From NCBI RefSeq assembly GCF_963921235.1, contig NC_086108.1:56732001-56796000 (forward strand): a stretch of DNA of 64,000 bases, given 5' to 3'. Each line of letters opens with the position of its first letter. The stretch's first letter is position 1. This document shows, one piece after another, positions 49,115-62,454 of the stretch. Below the pieces are notes generated by a model. That model searched no databases, was not told where the DNA came from, and worked only from the letters and a program-made list of their open reading frames with translations. Position numbers and translations under genes: made by a program. This stretch comes from Mobula hypostoma (taxonomy: Eukaryota).

Positions 49115-50750
49115 TCCAGCCTGGATGGGGTACCTGGCCAGGTACTAAAGACTTGTGCAAATCAACAGACTTGAGCGTTCATCAATATCTTTCACCGCTT
49201 ACTTTGGCAGTCTGAGGTAACCATTTGCTTCAAGCAGGCTTCAATTATTCCGGTGCCTAAGAAGAACTTGATGATCTGCTTCAATGACTTTCATCCAGAA
49301 GCACTTACATCCACTGTGATGAAGTGCTTTGAGAGGTTGGTGATTAAACATATCAACTCCTGCCTGAGAAATGACTAGGATCCGCTCCTATTTGACTGCC
49401 AGCACAACAGGTCCGCAGCAGATGCCATTTCACCGGCTCTTCACTCGACTGTGAAGCATCTGGGCAGCAAAGGTGCTCTTCATTGATTACCTCTCAACAT
49501 TCAGTACTATCATCCCTTCAAAACTAATCAATAAGTTTCAACACTATGGCCTCAGTACCTCCTTGTGCAACTGGATCCTCAATTTCCTCACATGCAGACC
49601 CCCATCAGTTCAGATTGGCAACAACATCTCCTCCACAATCTTCATCAGCACAGGTGCACCATGGTGCTGTGTGCTTAGCCCTCTGTACTACTCACTTTAT
49701 ACTTATGACTGAGACTAAGCACAGCTCCAATGCCATATTTAAGTTTGCTGACAACACCACTGGCATTGGTCAAATCAAAGGTGGTGACGAATCAGCATTT
49801 AGAAAACCTGACTGAGTGGGGCCACAACAACACCATTCACTCAATGTCAGCAAGATCAAGGAGCTGATTATTGACTTCAGGAGGAGGAAACCAGAGGTCC
49901 ATGAGGCAGTCCTCGTTGGGGAATCAGAGGTGGAAAGCGGCAGCAATTTTAAATCCTCTGGTGTTATCATTTCAGAGGATCTTTCCTGGACTCAGCACGT
50001 AAGTGCCATTACGATGAGAGCACAGCAGTACCTCTACTTCCTTGGAAGTTTGCAAAGATTCAGCATGACATCTAAAACTTTGACAAACTTCTATAGGTGT
50101 GTGGTGAAGAGAATATTGACTGGTTGCATCACAACCTGGTATGGAAACACCAATGCCCTTGAACAGAAGATCCTACAATGTGTAGTGGATACAGCCCAGT
50201 CCATCACAGGTAAAGCCCTTCCCCCTCTGAGAACATCTACACTTTGCACCGCCACAGGAAAGCAGCATCCATCGTCAAGGACCCCCACCATCCAGGCCAT
50301 TCTCTCTTCTTGCTGCAGCCATCAGGAAAAGGTAGAGTTACCGTAGGACTCACACCACCAGGTTCAGGAACTGTAATTACCCCTCAACCATCAGGCTCTT
50401 GAACCAAAGGACATAACTTCACTCAACTACACTTACTCCATCACTGAACTGTTCCCACAATTGATGGACTCATTTTCAAGGACTCTTCATCTCATATTCT
50501 CAATATTTATTGCTTATTTATTTATTTTTATTTCATTTCTTTTTCTTTTTGTATTTCCACAGTTTGTTGTCTTCTGCCCATTGTTTGTCTGTCCTGTTGG
50601 GTGCAGTCTTTCATGGATTCTCAGCAGTCCTGCTGAGTTCCTCCAGCATTTTGTTGTGTGCTTGGATTTCCTGCATCTGCAGACTTGCTCTTGTTTCGTG
50701 GATTCTGTTGTGTTTCTTGGAGTTAAAGAAATCTCAGGGTTGTATATGGT
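49115..50750 (+). mobile_element. Rex-Babar-type LINE (RT and 3' UTR)
   Basis: [40 protein letters not shown] and CITTWYGN. Confidence 0.88.
50622..50693 (+). mobile_element. 72-bp Penelope terminal mini-insertion
   Basis: ctgctgagttcctccagcattttg block flanked by a 13-bp TSD tttcRtggattct (50609-50621 and 50694-50706). Confidence 0.75.
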
Positions 50751-53146
50751 TAACTCTGGGAAAGCAAGATTAAAGTTACATAAACCAGACAGAAAAATCT
50801 GGTGAACTAGAAGCACTGCACCTTGAGGCCATAAAATGTTTATATTCCATTTTCCTTGGGCATCTCATTTTAGATAATATAAACTTTCTTGCCCTGATGG
50901 GCATGATTGCTCAGTCCTTCCACTGATGTCGCTGGCACCTCTGAGAGGCCATATGAGTACATCAGAAATACTACAAATTAGAACTATGTTGTGGAAATTC
51001 TCGACAGTAGGTTAATGTCTTTTGAGAGAAAAACTATTAATATTTCAGGTTATAATTTGAACCTACCAGCGCTCTTAGTAGTCATAACTATTAACATTTT
51101 TAAAGAAAGCTTTTGTCAGATTTCTGATTCCACGGAAACTCATTGGCCTGAAAGTTTGAGGACTAAATTTAATAGCTTTCGAAAGCAGTAACAGAGCTGA
51201 CCATGTGTCATTCTCTTGGGCCTTCTGCGGAATGCAGCCAGTTTGGTGTACATGCGTGTTTGTAGTGTACAGCTAGCACTGACCACACTATTCGTTAGTC
51301 AGATGCCTCAGCAGCAAGTTTCCACATCAGCTAAAATTTTGGCTTGCGCAGCTTAAAGATATTTTGCACCTCAATGTAAGTGCTTTATGGCTAGAGAAGC
51401 TGCTGACAGACTCACAACAATGGAGTCTGCTGAAGCTGGTGGAAAATCGTAGAGGGGCTGGTTAGGGTGATGTAAAAGAGGAAAGGTGGCTGGTATCTGC
51501 ACAGATACAGTTAAGTGGCCCGCCCTATGCAGATGGTAAATGCCATGAGGCCATTCCGGGCACTCTGATGCAGTGCTACGAGTACAGTAACCTCGTGCTA
51601 AATGCACCACTCCCTTAGCATTCATCTTACAGCTATTCCTTCATTTAGCTACACCCTCACGTGAAGCAAGGTTACAGGCCTCGCCTCCACTTCTCACAGT
51701 TTATACACATCGCAGAGAGTCAGTCACAACGGCCATGATACCCACACATTGTCCAAGAGAACTACACCTTGTAAGGTGGAGGGTTACACAGCCAGAGGCA
51801 GCTGGTGCTAACCTGAGGAGGTTAGGGTCATCTACCGTGTTGTATATACAGATTTCTGTGGGAGATGATGATGAGTTAGGGTGTCTTCATACTTAATCTA
51901 TTACACTGTTCCCCATCTGTCCACCTCTGATTCAATCGATACAGATGATATTAATGTACACCCGTTGGTTTCTTCCCCTCCCCTTCCCTGTTACTGCACA
52001 TCTCAAACATTGAGCCTTCTCCCTCCACATACTGAGCGGTGCCCCATTTCCATCCCACCTGCCAAACATGTGGGTTGGAAGGTTAGTTGGCAGCAGTAAA
52101 TTGCCGTTGGTGTAGGTGAAATTCAGGGGAATCAGAGTGGGAGAGGGAACTGATGGAAACACTTGTTTAGGTCAGATGCGTGTTAATGGTTCAGGTGGAT
52201 ATAGTGGGGTATCTGTTCCGTGCACCTATCTGATACTAAGCCAGCGCAGGGTTCGGCAGATAGTGATGGAAACATACAGTCTTACATTGCAAGCACCTGC
52301 CCCCCCCCCCCCGCCCCAGCCCTGCCATCAGATGTTGCCTTACAAGTGGGATCCACACATAAGCTGCTACTGGGCAGCTGAGTGAGATAGAAAGCATAGT
52401 ACAAATATCGGTTCGGAGGAGAGAGACCTAGCATGCACATGGGAGATGATGATATTGTCCACCTGCAGAGGCTGATTTGGGCAGAATGCAATGTGCTTTG
52501 TATTTGGAAGTCTGCATTCATCATCAAGTATGGTCTCTCATTGGTCAGTTGGTGGATATAGTATCCAGGAATAGAAAGTCTGTGGGAATAGCCCTTTAAG
52601 CCCTCTCTGTCATTCACTGAAATTAAAATGATCTGCATCGGAACTGCATTTCATCTGCCCTGGCTCTAAATTCTTTCACAGCCTTGGCTGACAAAAATCT
52701 ATTAATGTCAAAGCTGAGAGGCTTTTTCCTCAGCCAAGGTTATGTTTTATTGAAATAATAAATAAGGATCAAAAAGTTCAAAGTAGTGTTGTTATCAAAG
52801 TACATACAGTATATGCCACCATATGTAACCCTGAGATTAATCTTCTTGTGGGCATTCTCAATAAATACATAATGGTATACGGGTTAATGACTTCCAGTTA
52901 AGGTGGTGCTACCGAATGTGAGTGACAGCTTCTGGTAGTCAAAAAGATAAGAAATCCGAATAATTCCCTTTTGGTTCAAGAGCCTGATGGTTGAAGGATA
53001 GTAACTGTTCCTGAACCTGGTGATGTGAGTCCTAAGGCTCTAGTATCTTCTTCCTAATGGTGATAGCGGGAAGAGAGCGTGTTTTGGGTGGTGGGAATCC
53101 CTGATGATGGATGCTGCTTTCCTGTAGCAGCACTTCCTGTAGCTGT

Positions 53147-53987
53147 CAGACATCCCACCCTGCAAAAACTCATTTCAGGGAGGTAGCACCATCAATTTGC
53201 GGGAGACTTCCGGGAGAGGTGGGATGTCTGCAATAGAGTAGCTCCTTAGCAGCTGGCCAGCTAGTTTAAATAACGTTAGCAATGCTAATGAATGAATGAC
53301 ACCTGTTAAACTCACCTCAACATGTCTTTTACAGTCTTAACCCACCATGGGCAATAGAAAAGTCACTGTTGCAAACAGTGCAGCGAGCAACACTGTCATT
53401 ATTTTGACCCCTATTAGGCAGGGGTACACTTTAGTGTAGTCTGGGGTGACGTACGTTTCATATATTTTTTGGAATGCTCTACCACTCTGACTTTTTTTGG
53501 AACTCTCTCACTCTTGCTCTTGCTCTCGCTCTCTCTCTGTATCGCGCATGCTCTCTCACTCGCGCTTGCTTTCTCACTCTTTCTCGCTCTTGCTCTCGCT
53601 CTCTTGCGCTTGCTTTCTCGCTCTCACTGTCTCTCGCGCTTGCTTTCTCACTCTCTCTCTTGCTTTCTCACTCTCTCTCGCTTTCTCACTCTTGCTCTCG
53701 CTCTCTCTCGCTTTTGCTCTCGCTCTCTATCGTGCTTGCTTTCTCGCTCTCTCTCTTGCGCTTGCTTTCTCGGTCTCTCGCGCGCGCTCTCTCTCACTGT
53801 CTCTCGTGGTCGCGCTCGCTCTCTCGCACTCGCTTTCTTGCTCTTGCGCTCGCTCTCATGCGCGTTCTCTCTCGCTCACTCTCAAAAAAATCAATTTCCG
53901 GGACATTGTATATAATTTGCGGGCATCAGGGAGCCACTTTTAATTTGCGGGAAACTCCCGGAAGTTCCGGGAGAGGTGGGATGTCTG
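53147..53987. mobile_element. Non-autonomous TIR DNA transposon (hAT-like) containing a CT/CG-rich simple repeat
   Basis: 13-bp TIRs CAGACATCCCACC / GGTGGGATGTCTG; flanks agctgt / agatgt (6-bp TSD, one mismatch). Confidence 0.8.
53504..53884. repeat. Degenerate (CT)n/(CTCG)/(CTTG) simple repeat
   Basis: Directly visible low-complexity tract. Confidence 0.95.
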
Positions 53988-55629
53988 AGATGTGCTCAAT
54001 GGTGGGAAGGGTTTTACCCACGATGGTCTGGACTGTATCCACTACTATTTGTAGGATTTTCCGTTCAAGGGCATTGATGTTTCCATGCCAGGCTGTGATG
54101 CAGCCAGTCAATATACTCTCCACTACACATCTATAGAAGTTTGTCAGAGTTTTAGATGGCATGCCAAATCTTCGTAAACTCTGAAGGAAGTAAAGGCACT
54201 GCCATGCTTTCTTCATAATTGCTCTTGTGTGCAGGCCTCAACACAGGTCCTCCAACATAATAACACCAAGGACCCTCTCCGCCTCTGATCATCTGATAAG
54301 GACGAGCTCATGGACCTTCGATCAATAATCAGCTCCTTGGTCTTGCTGACACGGTTAAACCTACCTGGTTTGTGTCTTTTTTCTTTTCCAGTTGTGTTCT
54401 TCAAGTTCACGTGCAGAGTTGTTTCTAGCTCACTCTGTCCTTACGTCCTCCTTGGAACTTTGTCTCATTTAGAATTAAATAATTTAGATTTTTTTATTGT
54501 TTTTTTTACCAGCTTCTAGTGAAGGGTTATTATGAATTGCTGTCATAAATAGCCTTGCTCTGATTAAGGTTATGTCTCCTTAGCTTATCCTTCCTACCTA
54601 TAGAAGGAAGTTTCTCATTCCTGACCCTTTTGATGACTTCAGAATCCTAATAATTGCAGACGTCACTTCAAGCCTTAACCATCTGCTATACTTACTAACA
54701 AGCTGGAGGACACAATGGAGAATCATATAATCAAGTTTGCCAATGCCAAAAATTTGGAAATGAATATAAGAAAATACCAAGTGATCTTGCTTGCTCAGAT
54801 GAGTTGGAAAGGATGTATTGTTCCATCGCAAGTTTTACACAGACAGGCAGTAGCTGGGCAAAATAAAAAAATTCAAAAAGGCAAAATATTAATCTTTATA
54901 TGAGACCTAGAAAACAAAAACAGGACCAAGTTTTGACATTTCTCACAGAGTACAGCTTGAGTCAAATCTAGTGTACTCTGAACAACTCTGGACAAAATGT
55001 GATAAAAATAAAATATTGATCTCAGATGGGATGTAATGCATGTTCATTTGTCTGTTCCCAAAGTCGTAAAGTTCCAAAGGGAGATTTGTATAAATATTCC
55101 CTGGATCCAACTATCAATTTCTCCCAGTTTGTGTGCACCATCATTTTCTATGCTTCTTGATTGATCGTTGAGAACCATTTCCTAAACAGGTAGGTAAGTT
55201 GCTCTCAGTTCCTTGGGCTTTTCTCTAAAGGTCTCTATTATGAAACTATTTTGAGTATTTTTTAAATGATGAGAAAAACATTATACTGTTTACTACATTA
55301 TTTGCTATCTCATAAAAATTTATGTAAGTTTATCACACATTTTACTCTGTAAAAAGCTCATTTTGCTTTCTCTAATCAAGTCACATTTGTACTTGGTCAC
55401 TTTGTGTTTAATATAAATTCAAGTAACACCTCCACAATACAAATGGCTTTCCTGGTTTCTGTCTGTTATCTTGAATGATTGAGTTATGCTTATTTTTTTC
55501 TATTCTGTTAAGTAGGGTCGGAGAGATTGTTTATTATAACATTTCTGATTACGCCACCTGGCTGGATTAAATGCCATTTTGTCCCTGTTGTTGTGATGTC
55601 ATCAATCTAAAATGTTAATGTTCTTTCTA

Positions 55630-56460
55630 AGAGAATGGGCAAAAAGTGCCAAATGAAATAAAGTTTTGGAAAATGCATGGTCATGCACTTTGATATTAGA
55701 AATAAATGTGCAAACTATTTTCTAAGCGGGGATAAAATCCAAGATTCTGAGATGCAAAGGGACTTGGGAGTCCTTGTGCAGGTTGAGTTGGTGGTGAGGA
55801 AAGCAAATGCCACGTTAGCATTCATTTCAAGAGGTCTAGTTTACAAGAGCAAGGATGTGATGCTGAGGCTTTATAAGGCACTGGTGAGGCCTCACCTTGA
55901 GTATTGTGAACAGTTTTGGGCCTCTCATCTTAGAAAAGATGTGCTGGCATTGGAGAGGGTCCAGAGGAGGTTCACATGGATGATTCCAGGAATGAAAGGG
56001 TTATCATACGAGGAACATTTGATGGCTTTGGGTCTGTACTTGCTGGAATTCAGAACGATGAGGGGGGATCTCATTAAAACATTTCGAATGTTGAAAGGCC
56101 TAGACACAGTAGATGTGGAAAGGATGTTTCCCATAGTGGGAGAGTCTAGGAGAAGAGGGCACAGCCTCGGGATAGTGGGGCGCCCTTTCAAAACAGAGAT
56201 GTGGGGAAATTTCCTTAGCCGAAGGGTGGTGAATTTGTGGAAATCGTTGCCACATGCAGCTGTGGAGGCCAGGTCATTGGGTGTATTTAAGACAGAGATT
56301 GATAGGTTCTTGATTGGACATGGCATCAAAGGTAGTGGGGAGAAGGCTGGAAACTGGGGTTGCGGAGGAGAAGAGAAAAGGATCAGCCATGATTGAATGG
56401 TGGAGCAGATTCGATGGGCCAGATGGTCTAATTCTGCTCCTATGTCTTGTGGCCTTACGG
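55630..56460 (+). mobile_element. CR1 LINE 3' part
   Basis: ORF 55677-56396 has LYKALVRPHLEYCEQFW; the 3' UTR follows. Confidence 0.9.
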
Positions 56461-56859
56461 AAATTTTTCTGCCCTTCCCCTAATTGAAAGTTTGGAGGGG
56501 CAAAATGTGGGAGGGGTAGGTTTGAAGTTTGTCCATGTTCTCTAGCAGTAAACCCATGCCCGAGTAAAGGCCACCAGGCACAGCTCACCTTTGCAGACTG
56601 GGTAGCAGCAGTGCAACTGAATCCACAGGTGGTGGATAAAGCAGCTGGGGATCAGGCCCAACAAATCCTCTTCTTTTTAACACAATCCTGCTTTTTGATG
56701 CAAGCCTCACCAACTCATGAAATGTCCTCTTACTACAGGAAGCTTGCAGGCAAATTTTATTGTAGTTTTAACTCTTGTTGTTTTCTTTTAATTCTACCCA
56801 TCAGATCTCAGCTGATAGCTTTCTATAAAAAAGTCACCTATCCCACATCATGGGCTTCA

Positions 56860-58350
56860 AACAGTAGCCAGGATGTGGGATATAAATTACAATGAGAGAC
56901 AGAAAGCGCATGTAAAATGGGTAATATTACGATAGTCATGGGGGATTTCAATATGCAGGTTGAATGTGAAAATCAGTTTTGTGCTGGATTCCGGGAGAGA
57001 GAATTTGCAGAATGCCTACGAGATGACTTTTTAGAGCATCTTGTGGTTGAGCCCACTAGGGGTAAGGTAATTCTGGATTGGATGTTATGACCCAGATTTG
57101 ATTAGGAAGATCAAAGTAAAGGAACCCATTGGAGACAGTGATCATAATATGATCGAGTTCTCTCTGCAGATTGAGAGGGTGAAGCTAAAGTCAGATGTGT
57201 TAGTATTGAAGTGGAGTAAAGGGAATTACAGTCATGAGAGGTGAACTGGCCAAAGTTGATCTGAAAGGGATACTAGCAGGGATGACAGCAAGAGTTGGAG
57301 TTTCTGGGAGCAGTTCGGAAGGCACAGGATAGATATATCCCAAAGATGTATTCTAAAGGGCGGGTGGAATACTGGGACGGCTTCTTTTCATGTTAAATGT
57401 CAATTATTTGAATCATAGAACTGATGACTTTGTGAACAAGTTTGCAGATGATATGAAGGTAAATGGAGGGGCAAGTAGTGTTGAAGCAGGGAGTGTGCGG
57501 AAAGACTTGGACAGCTTGGTAGAATGGGCAAAGTGGCAAATGGAATATAATGTAGGGAAGTGTAGAGTTATGCACTTTGGTAGAAGGAATAAAGGCATAG
57601 ACTATTTTCTAAACGGGGAGAAAATTCAGAAATCAGAGACGCAAAGTGTACTTGGGCGTCCTTGTGCAAGATTCCCTCAAGTTTAACTTGCAGATTCTGT
57701 TGGTGGTAGGGGAGGCAAATGCAATGTCAGCATTAATTTCAAGAGGGCTAGAATATGAAAACAAGATGTAATGCTGAGGCTTTATAAGGTATTGGTCAGA
57801 CTGCACTTGGTGTATTGTGAGCAGTTTTGGGCCTTTTAGCTAAGAAAAGACGTGCTGGCATAGAAGAGGTTCCAGAGTAGGTTCACATGAATGATTCCAG
57901 CAATGAAAGAGTTGATGTATGGAGAGTGTTTGATGACTCTGAGCCTGTACTTGCTGGAGGTTAGAAGAATGAGAGTGGATCTCATTGAGACCTATCGAAA
58001 ATTGAGTGGGTGTGGAGAGCTTATATCCAGAGGGTGAGTTTATGACCAGAGGCCATAGCCTCAGAATAGAGGGGTGTCCATTCAGAACTGAGATAAGGAA
58101 GAATTTCTTTAGCCAGAGGATGGTGAATATGTGGAATTGATAGCCACTGACTGCTGCGGAGACGACATCATGGAGTATATTTAAAGCGTAAGTTGATAGG
58201 TTCTCAATGAGTCAGGGTGTCAAAGGTTACAGGGAGAAGGCAGGAGAATGGGATTGAGAGGGATAATAAATCAGCCATGATGGAATGGTGGAGCAGATTC
58301 GATAAGCCAAGTGGTCTAATTTTGTTCCCAGATCTTATGATCTTATGGTT
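56860..58350 (+). mobile_element. CR1 LINE remnant (endonuclease part fused to RT 3' part)
   Basis: MGDFNM, GDSDHNMI, KFADDMK and WQMEYNVGKC. Confidence 0.85.
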
Positions 58351-58469
58351 GTTATCTGAATTCCCTGTTTTATGTTTTTAGAGTGGTCTGGAATTGGTTC
58401 TAGTAATGAACTTTTCTGGGTGTGCTTTTTTTTAAATAAAATGAACTTACTTACCTACTTAGTTATTTT

Positions 58470-58740
58470 TTGATACAGTGCAGAACAGGGCCTTCTGGCC
58501 CAACGAGCCTCACTGCCCAGCAACCTATCTATTTAACACTAGCCTCATCACAGGATAGTTTATAATGACCAATTAACCTATTAAACGGTACACCTTTGGA
58601 CTGTGGGAGGAAACCAGAGCACCCGGAGGAGATCCACATGCTCATGGGAAGAACGTACAAACTTCTTTCAGAGGATGCCAGAATTGAATGCCAAACTCCA
58701 ACGCCCCGAGCTGTAACAGCTATGCTACCAAAGTGCCTGG
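58470..58740 (-). mobile_element. V-SINE/HE1-like SINE
   Basis: Core ctttggactgtgggaggaaaccagagcacccggagga. Confidence 0.65.
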
Positions 58741-59199
58741 ATGGCTAGCATGCTGCCATTAACTCAGTATGGGTCTCCATCTATAGGAAATACTTGTGTA
58801 TTGGTGACTGCTCTGCTGAAGCAATGACTTAAAAAGTTAGGCTAGATTTATTTTATTCCATGTGCAAAATTATGCAATGCAGTAAAGACCTATGAAAGCC
58901 TTAGGAACCTATTAACATTCTTTTCAGCCTGCCAGCCTTACCTGAGATGTGCGAGGAAGATTGAGTCATCCATCTTCTTTCAGATAATATCTTCAAGTTG
59001 TTATTAGTTCTCACCCTACTTGCATTCCTCTCACTGCTGACATCTTCTTGGGCAACTCTCGCAATCTCCTCTATTCCAATCTGTTTCTGGTCTTTGCAGC
59101 TTGTGGTGGAGGAGGCATCTTTGTATAGGATTCTAATTCAATGAACAACACTATGGGCTACAATCATGTTAAAATACTGACCCCTCAGCATCTCACTAC

Positions 59200-60235
59200 A
59201 ACAGATTCATTCCCTTCTCACCTACATCCACAACACTTCACACACCCTCAATCTCCTCAGCAACTTTCAACTCCCTGGCCTTGACTGCCTCATTTTCACC
59301 CTGGATGTCCAGACCCTATACACTTCAATACCACCACCAAGAAGGCCTTAAAGCTCTCTGCTTCTTTCTCAACAAAATACGCAGCAAGTTACCCTGCACT
59401 ACCACCCTCCCCCTCCATCTGGCAGAATTAGTCCTCACCCTCAACAATTTCTCCTCCCACTTTCTCCAGACTCGAGGCGTAATACACTCACACCCACACC
59501 CGCATGAGCCCCTGCTATGTCTGCCCTTTTGTTGGCTACGAACAGTCCATGTAATGCTCCCTAACTCTTTCTGCACTACACTGACATCTGCATTGGTGCT
59601 GCTTCATGCACCCATGCTGAGATCATCAATTTCATCAACTTTGCCTCCAACTTCTACCCTGCCCTTAAATTCTCTTGGTCCATCTCTGACACACCCCCCT
59701 CTTTCTCAATCCCTCTGTCTCCATCTCTGGAGACAAACAGTTTACTGACAACTTTTATAAACCTACTGTTTCTCGCAGCTATCTTGACTATCTCTTCTCA
59801 CCCATCTCCTGTAAAAATGCTATTCCTTTTCTCAGTTCTTTCATCTCCACTGCATCTGTTCCCAGGATGAGGCTTTCCTTTCCAATACATCAGAGATGTT
59901 CTCCTTCTTCAAAGAACGGGGTTTCACTTCTTCCACCATTGATGCTGCCCTCACCCACATCTCCTCCTTTTCTCAGACATCCACATTCATCCCATCTTCC
60001 CTTAACAGGGATAGAGTTTCTCTTGTCCTAACCTACCCACCTTGAGCATCACATCCAACACATAATTTTTCACAACTTCTAGAACCTCTAAAGGGATCCT
60101 ATCACCAAACACGTCTTTACCCCCCCCCCCCCGTCTTCCACAGAGATTACACTTTTCATGATTCCCTTGCGTGTTCATCCCTCCCCACTAATCTCCCTCC
60201 TGGCATTTATCCCTGCAAGCGACTGAAGTACCATT
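59200..60235 (+). mobile_element. Penelope-like element RT fragment
   Basis: Reverse-complement similarity to 47350-48200 (LAELVLTLNNF; INFASNF.PALKF; FYKPT). Confidence 0.85.
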
Positions 60236-60819
60236 CCGCCCCTGGGCAAGCAGTGTCTGACAAAGAGACAGTTCATGACGCAGTTGATCCCTTGAATTAT
60301 CCACGTTGTGCTGATGAAAGACTTCTCTGTATTTGGATGCAGCTGGGGAACACAAGCAGTTTCCTTCCCTACGGCAGTGGATTGGAATAAGTGTGAGTTA
60401 TGGTGGAGAAGATCACGTGCCGGTGTGATGGCACAAGGGGACAGTGTTTCTGTCAGGTGTATATACCCCCACTTCACTTGACAGCACATATCATTCATGA
60501 TGGTCCAAGCTCTGAAGTTACATATATAAAAATATACTTCAACATCTGCAACTTCAATAAACATTTTTTTATTTCCATGCATCTAGTGTCTGTATGAAAC
60601 TTTTAAACCCTGAGTTGTGTTGATGGGCTCCACCCCTTTCTTTCCCGTATAGACACCAACTAGATAATGGCCAAACCTACCCATCTTACGCCTGTTCCCT
60701 TCAAGGACAGTGCAGTCAAACACTTTGAAAGGGTTGGTGAACCAACCAAAATGTGAGATCTCCTGCAGAGTGGTACCAAATGTCCATAATCTGAGGTATA
60801 GTCACTTTAGGTTGTATAG

Positions 60820-61410
60820 AATTAACTCTTGCTTGCTCAAGGACCTGGACCCATTGCAATTTGCCCACAACACTCTACTTTGGAGAACCAAGACAATAAC
60901 AAGACATATGTTGGGCTGCTGTTTATTGATTACAGCCCAGCATTCAACACCATCATCCCCTCAGTACTAATAGCCAAGCTTCAATATCTGGGCCTCTGTA
61001 CCACTATCTGAAACTGGAGAAACTTCGGTCTGTGCAAATCAGAAATAACATCTCCTCCTTGCTGACAATCAACACAGGCGCACCTCAAGGATGCATGCTT
61101 AGCCCTCTGCTCTACTCTCTCTATACTTATGACTGTATGGCTAAGCTTAGTTGAAATAGCATTTAGAAATTTGCAGATGACCACACTGTCATTGGTAGAA
61201 TCTCAGATGGCAATAAGGTGGCTCACAGGAGTGAGGTAGTTTAGGTGATTGAGTTGTATCACAACAACCACCTCACCTCAGCAAGACCAAGGAGCTAGTT
61301 GTGGATTTAAGGAAGGGCAAGTGGGAAAACACATACCAGACCTCACTGAAATTTCAGTGGTGGAAAGGATGAGCATCTTCAAGCTCCCAGATGTCAATGT
61401 CTCAGAGGCA
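60820..61410 (+). mobile_element. Rex-Babar-type LINE RT fragment
   Basis: LFIDYSPAFNTIIPS; TGAPQGC.LSPLLYSLYT; KFADD. Confidence 0.8.
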
Positions 61411-61496
61411 GCAAAAGTTGATCATATGGGACTGAGAGTGTTATACTATTTCTTTTCAGGGAGAACCTATAATCTCAGCTTCTTTTGTGATGTTTG

Positions 61497-61566
61497 ATGG
61501 AGTTTGTTGGAATATGTTGGATAGCTAGCCTAATCATCATCTTGCTGTACAAGCCCAGGGGAACTG
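61497..61566 (+). CDS. IL12RB2: IL-12 receptor beta-2, signal peptide exon (MEFVGICWIASLIIILLYKPRGT-E); the exon begins at 61460
   Basis: Strong acceptor tttcttttcag at 61459, 37 nt of 5' UTR, ATG at 61497, a hydrophobic core, and donor CTG|gtaagc. Phase 1 joins 63247 in frame. Confidence 0.85.
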
Positions 61567-62454
61567 GTAAGCTTAATATAAACTATCTTGATTGTATATG
61601 TAGATAGCTGAGAGTAAATCATCAGCCTCCTAGCCTGTTTAAAGTTTCTTAACCTTTTTTTGAATTTGTGTCTTCATCAAATGCTGAACTTGGACAAGCA
61701 AGAGTAATCCTATGGAAATAAGTAGTTGAATTTCAAGAGTATTAGTGCAGCACTAAATCCTATTCTCCACTATACTGTCATGTTCAGCAAACCACAGACA
61801 CTGGATTAAGAACAGAAAATTCCCCAAAATACGTTCAATCACTTTCCTAAGAACAGTTCAATGACATTAAGAGTAGTCCACCAGCTTAAGATACTAACTG
61901 ACTTTCACCACAGATTCTGCCTGAGCTACTAACCAGTTACCAATTTTCAGTTTTTAATTCTGAGTTTTGGCATCTGCAGTATTTAGCTGCTGTTGCATGA
62001 AGAGCCAATTGTCAAAAAGGCTTCTAGTGCCCTCACAGAGTCTCTTGTATGATCAATTAATTCAGCACAAGAACCTAGAGCCTCTCTGTAAATTGGGTGC
62101 CAATCCATAATACATTTGCCACTAAGCCATTCAAAGAAAAATATTATTAATTATTACCTAGAAGCATTATAAGATAATTTGCACACTAGGATACCCAGAA
62201 GAGAGCTCCAGTTGCACTGACTTTAAGTTATTAATAACTGTTAGCTTGAGTAAGGATAATTTGATCAGAGTCTATAACTCCTGTGTTGTTTTACAAAACA
62301 TAGTTTATTAAATGGAAAGAAATTATCTACTCCAGAAAAAAAATCTATTGTATATTATCTATAACTTTAGCATTCTCTAAAAGGTTTCATAATAATTTAT
62401 GGATTTCTGAGTTGCAGATTTTCTCCTCATGTAGGGAGAATAATTAAGTAATAG

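Larger units (their letters stand above)
52775..54350 (-). mobile_element. Rex-Babar-type LINE 3' part, interrupted by a DNA transposon
   Basis: ORF 53926-54216(-) has KTLTNFYRCVVESILTGCITAWHGN; the 3' end continues at 52775-53146. Confidence 0.85.

Noticed and set aside
53469..54136. Three overlapping long ORFs (148-220 aa) rich in L/S/A/R
   Set aside because: They translate a stop-free CT/CG simple repeat inside a transposon and are not a protein.
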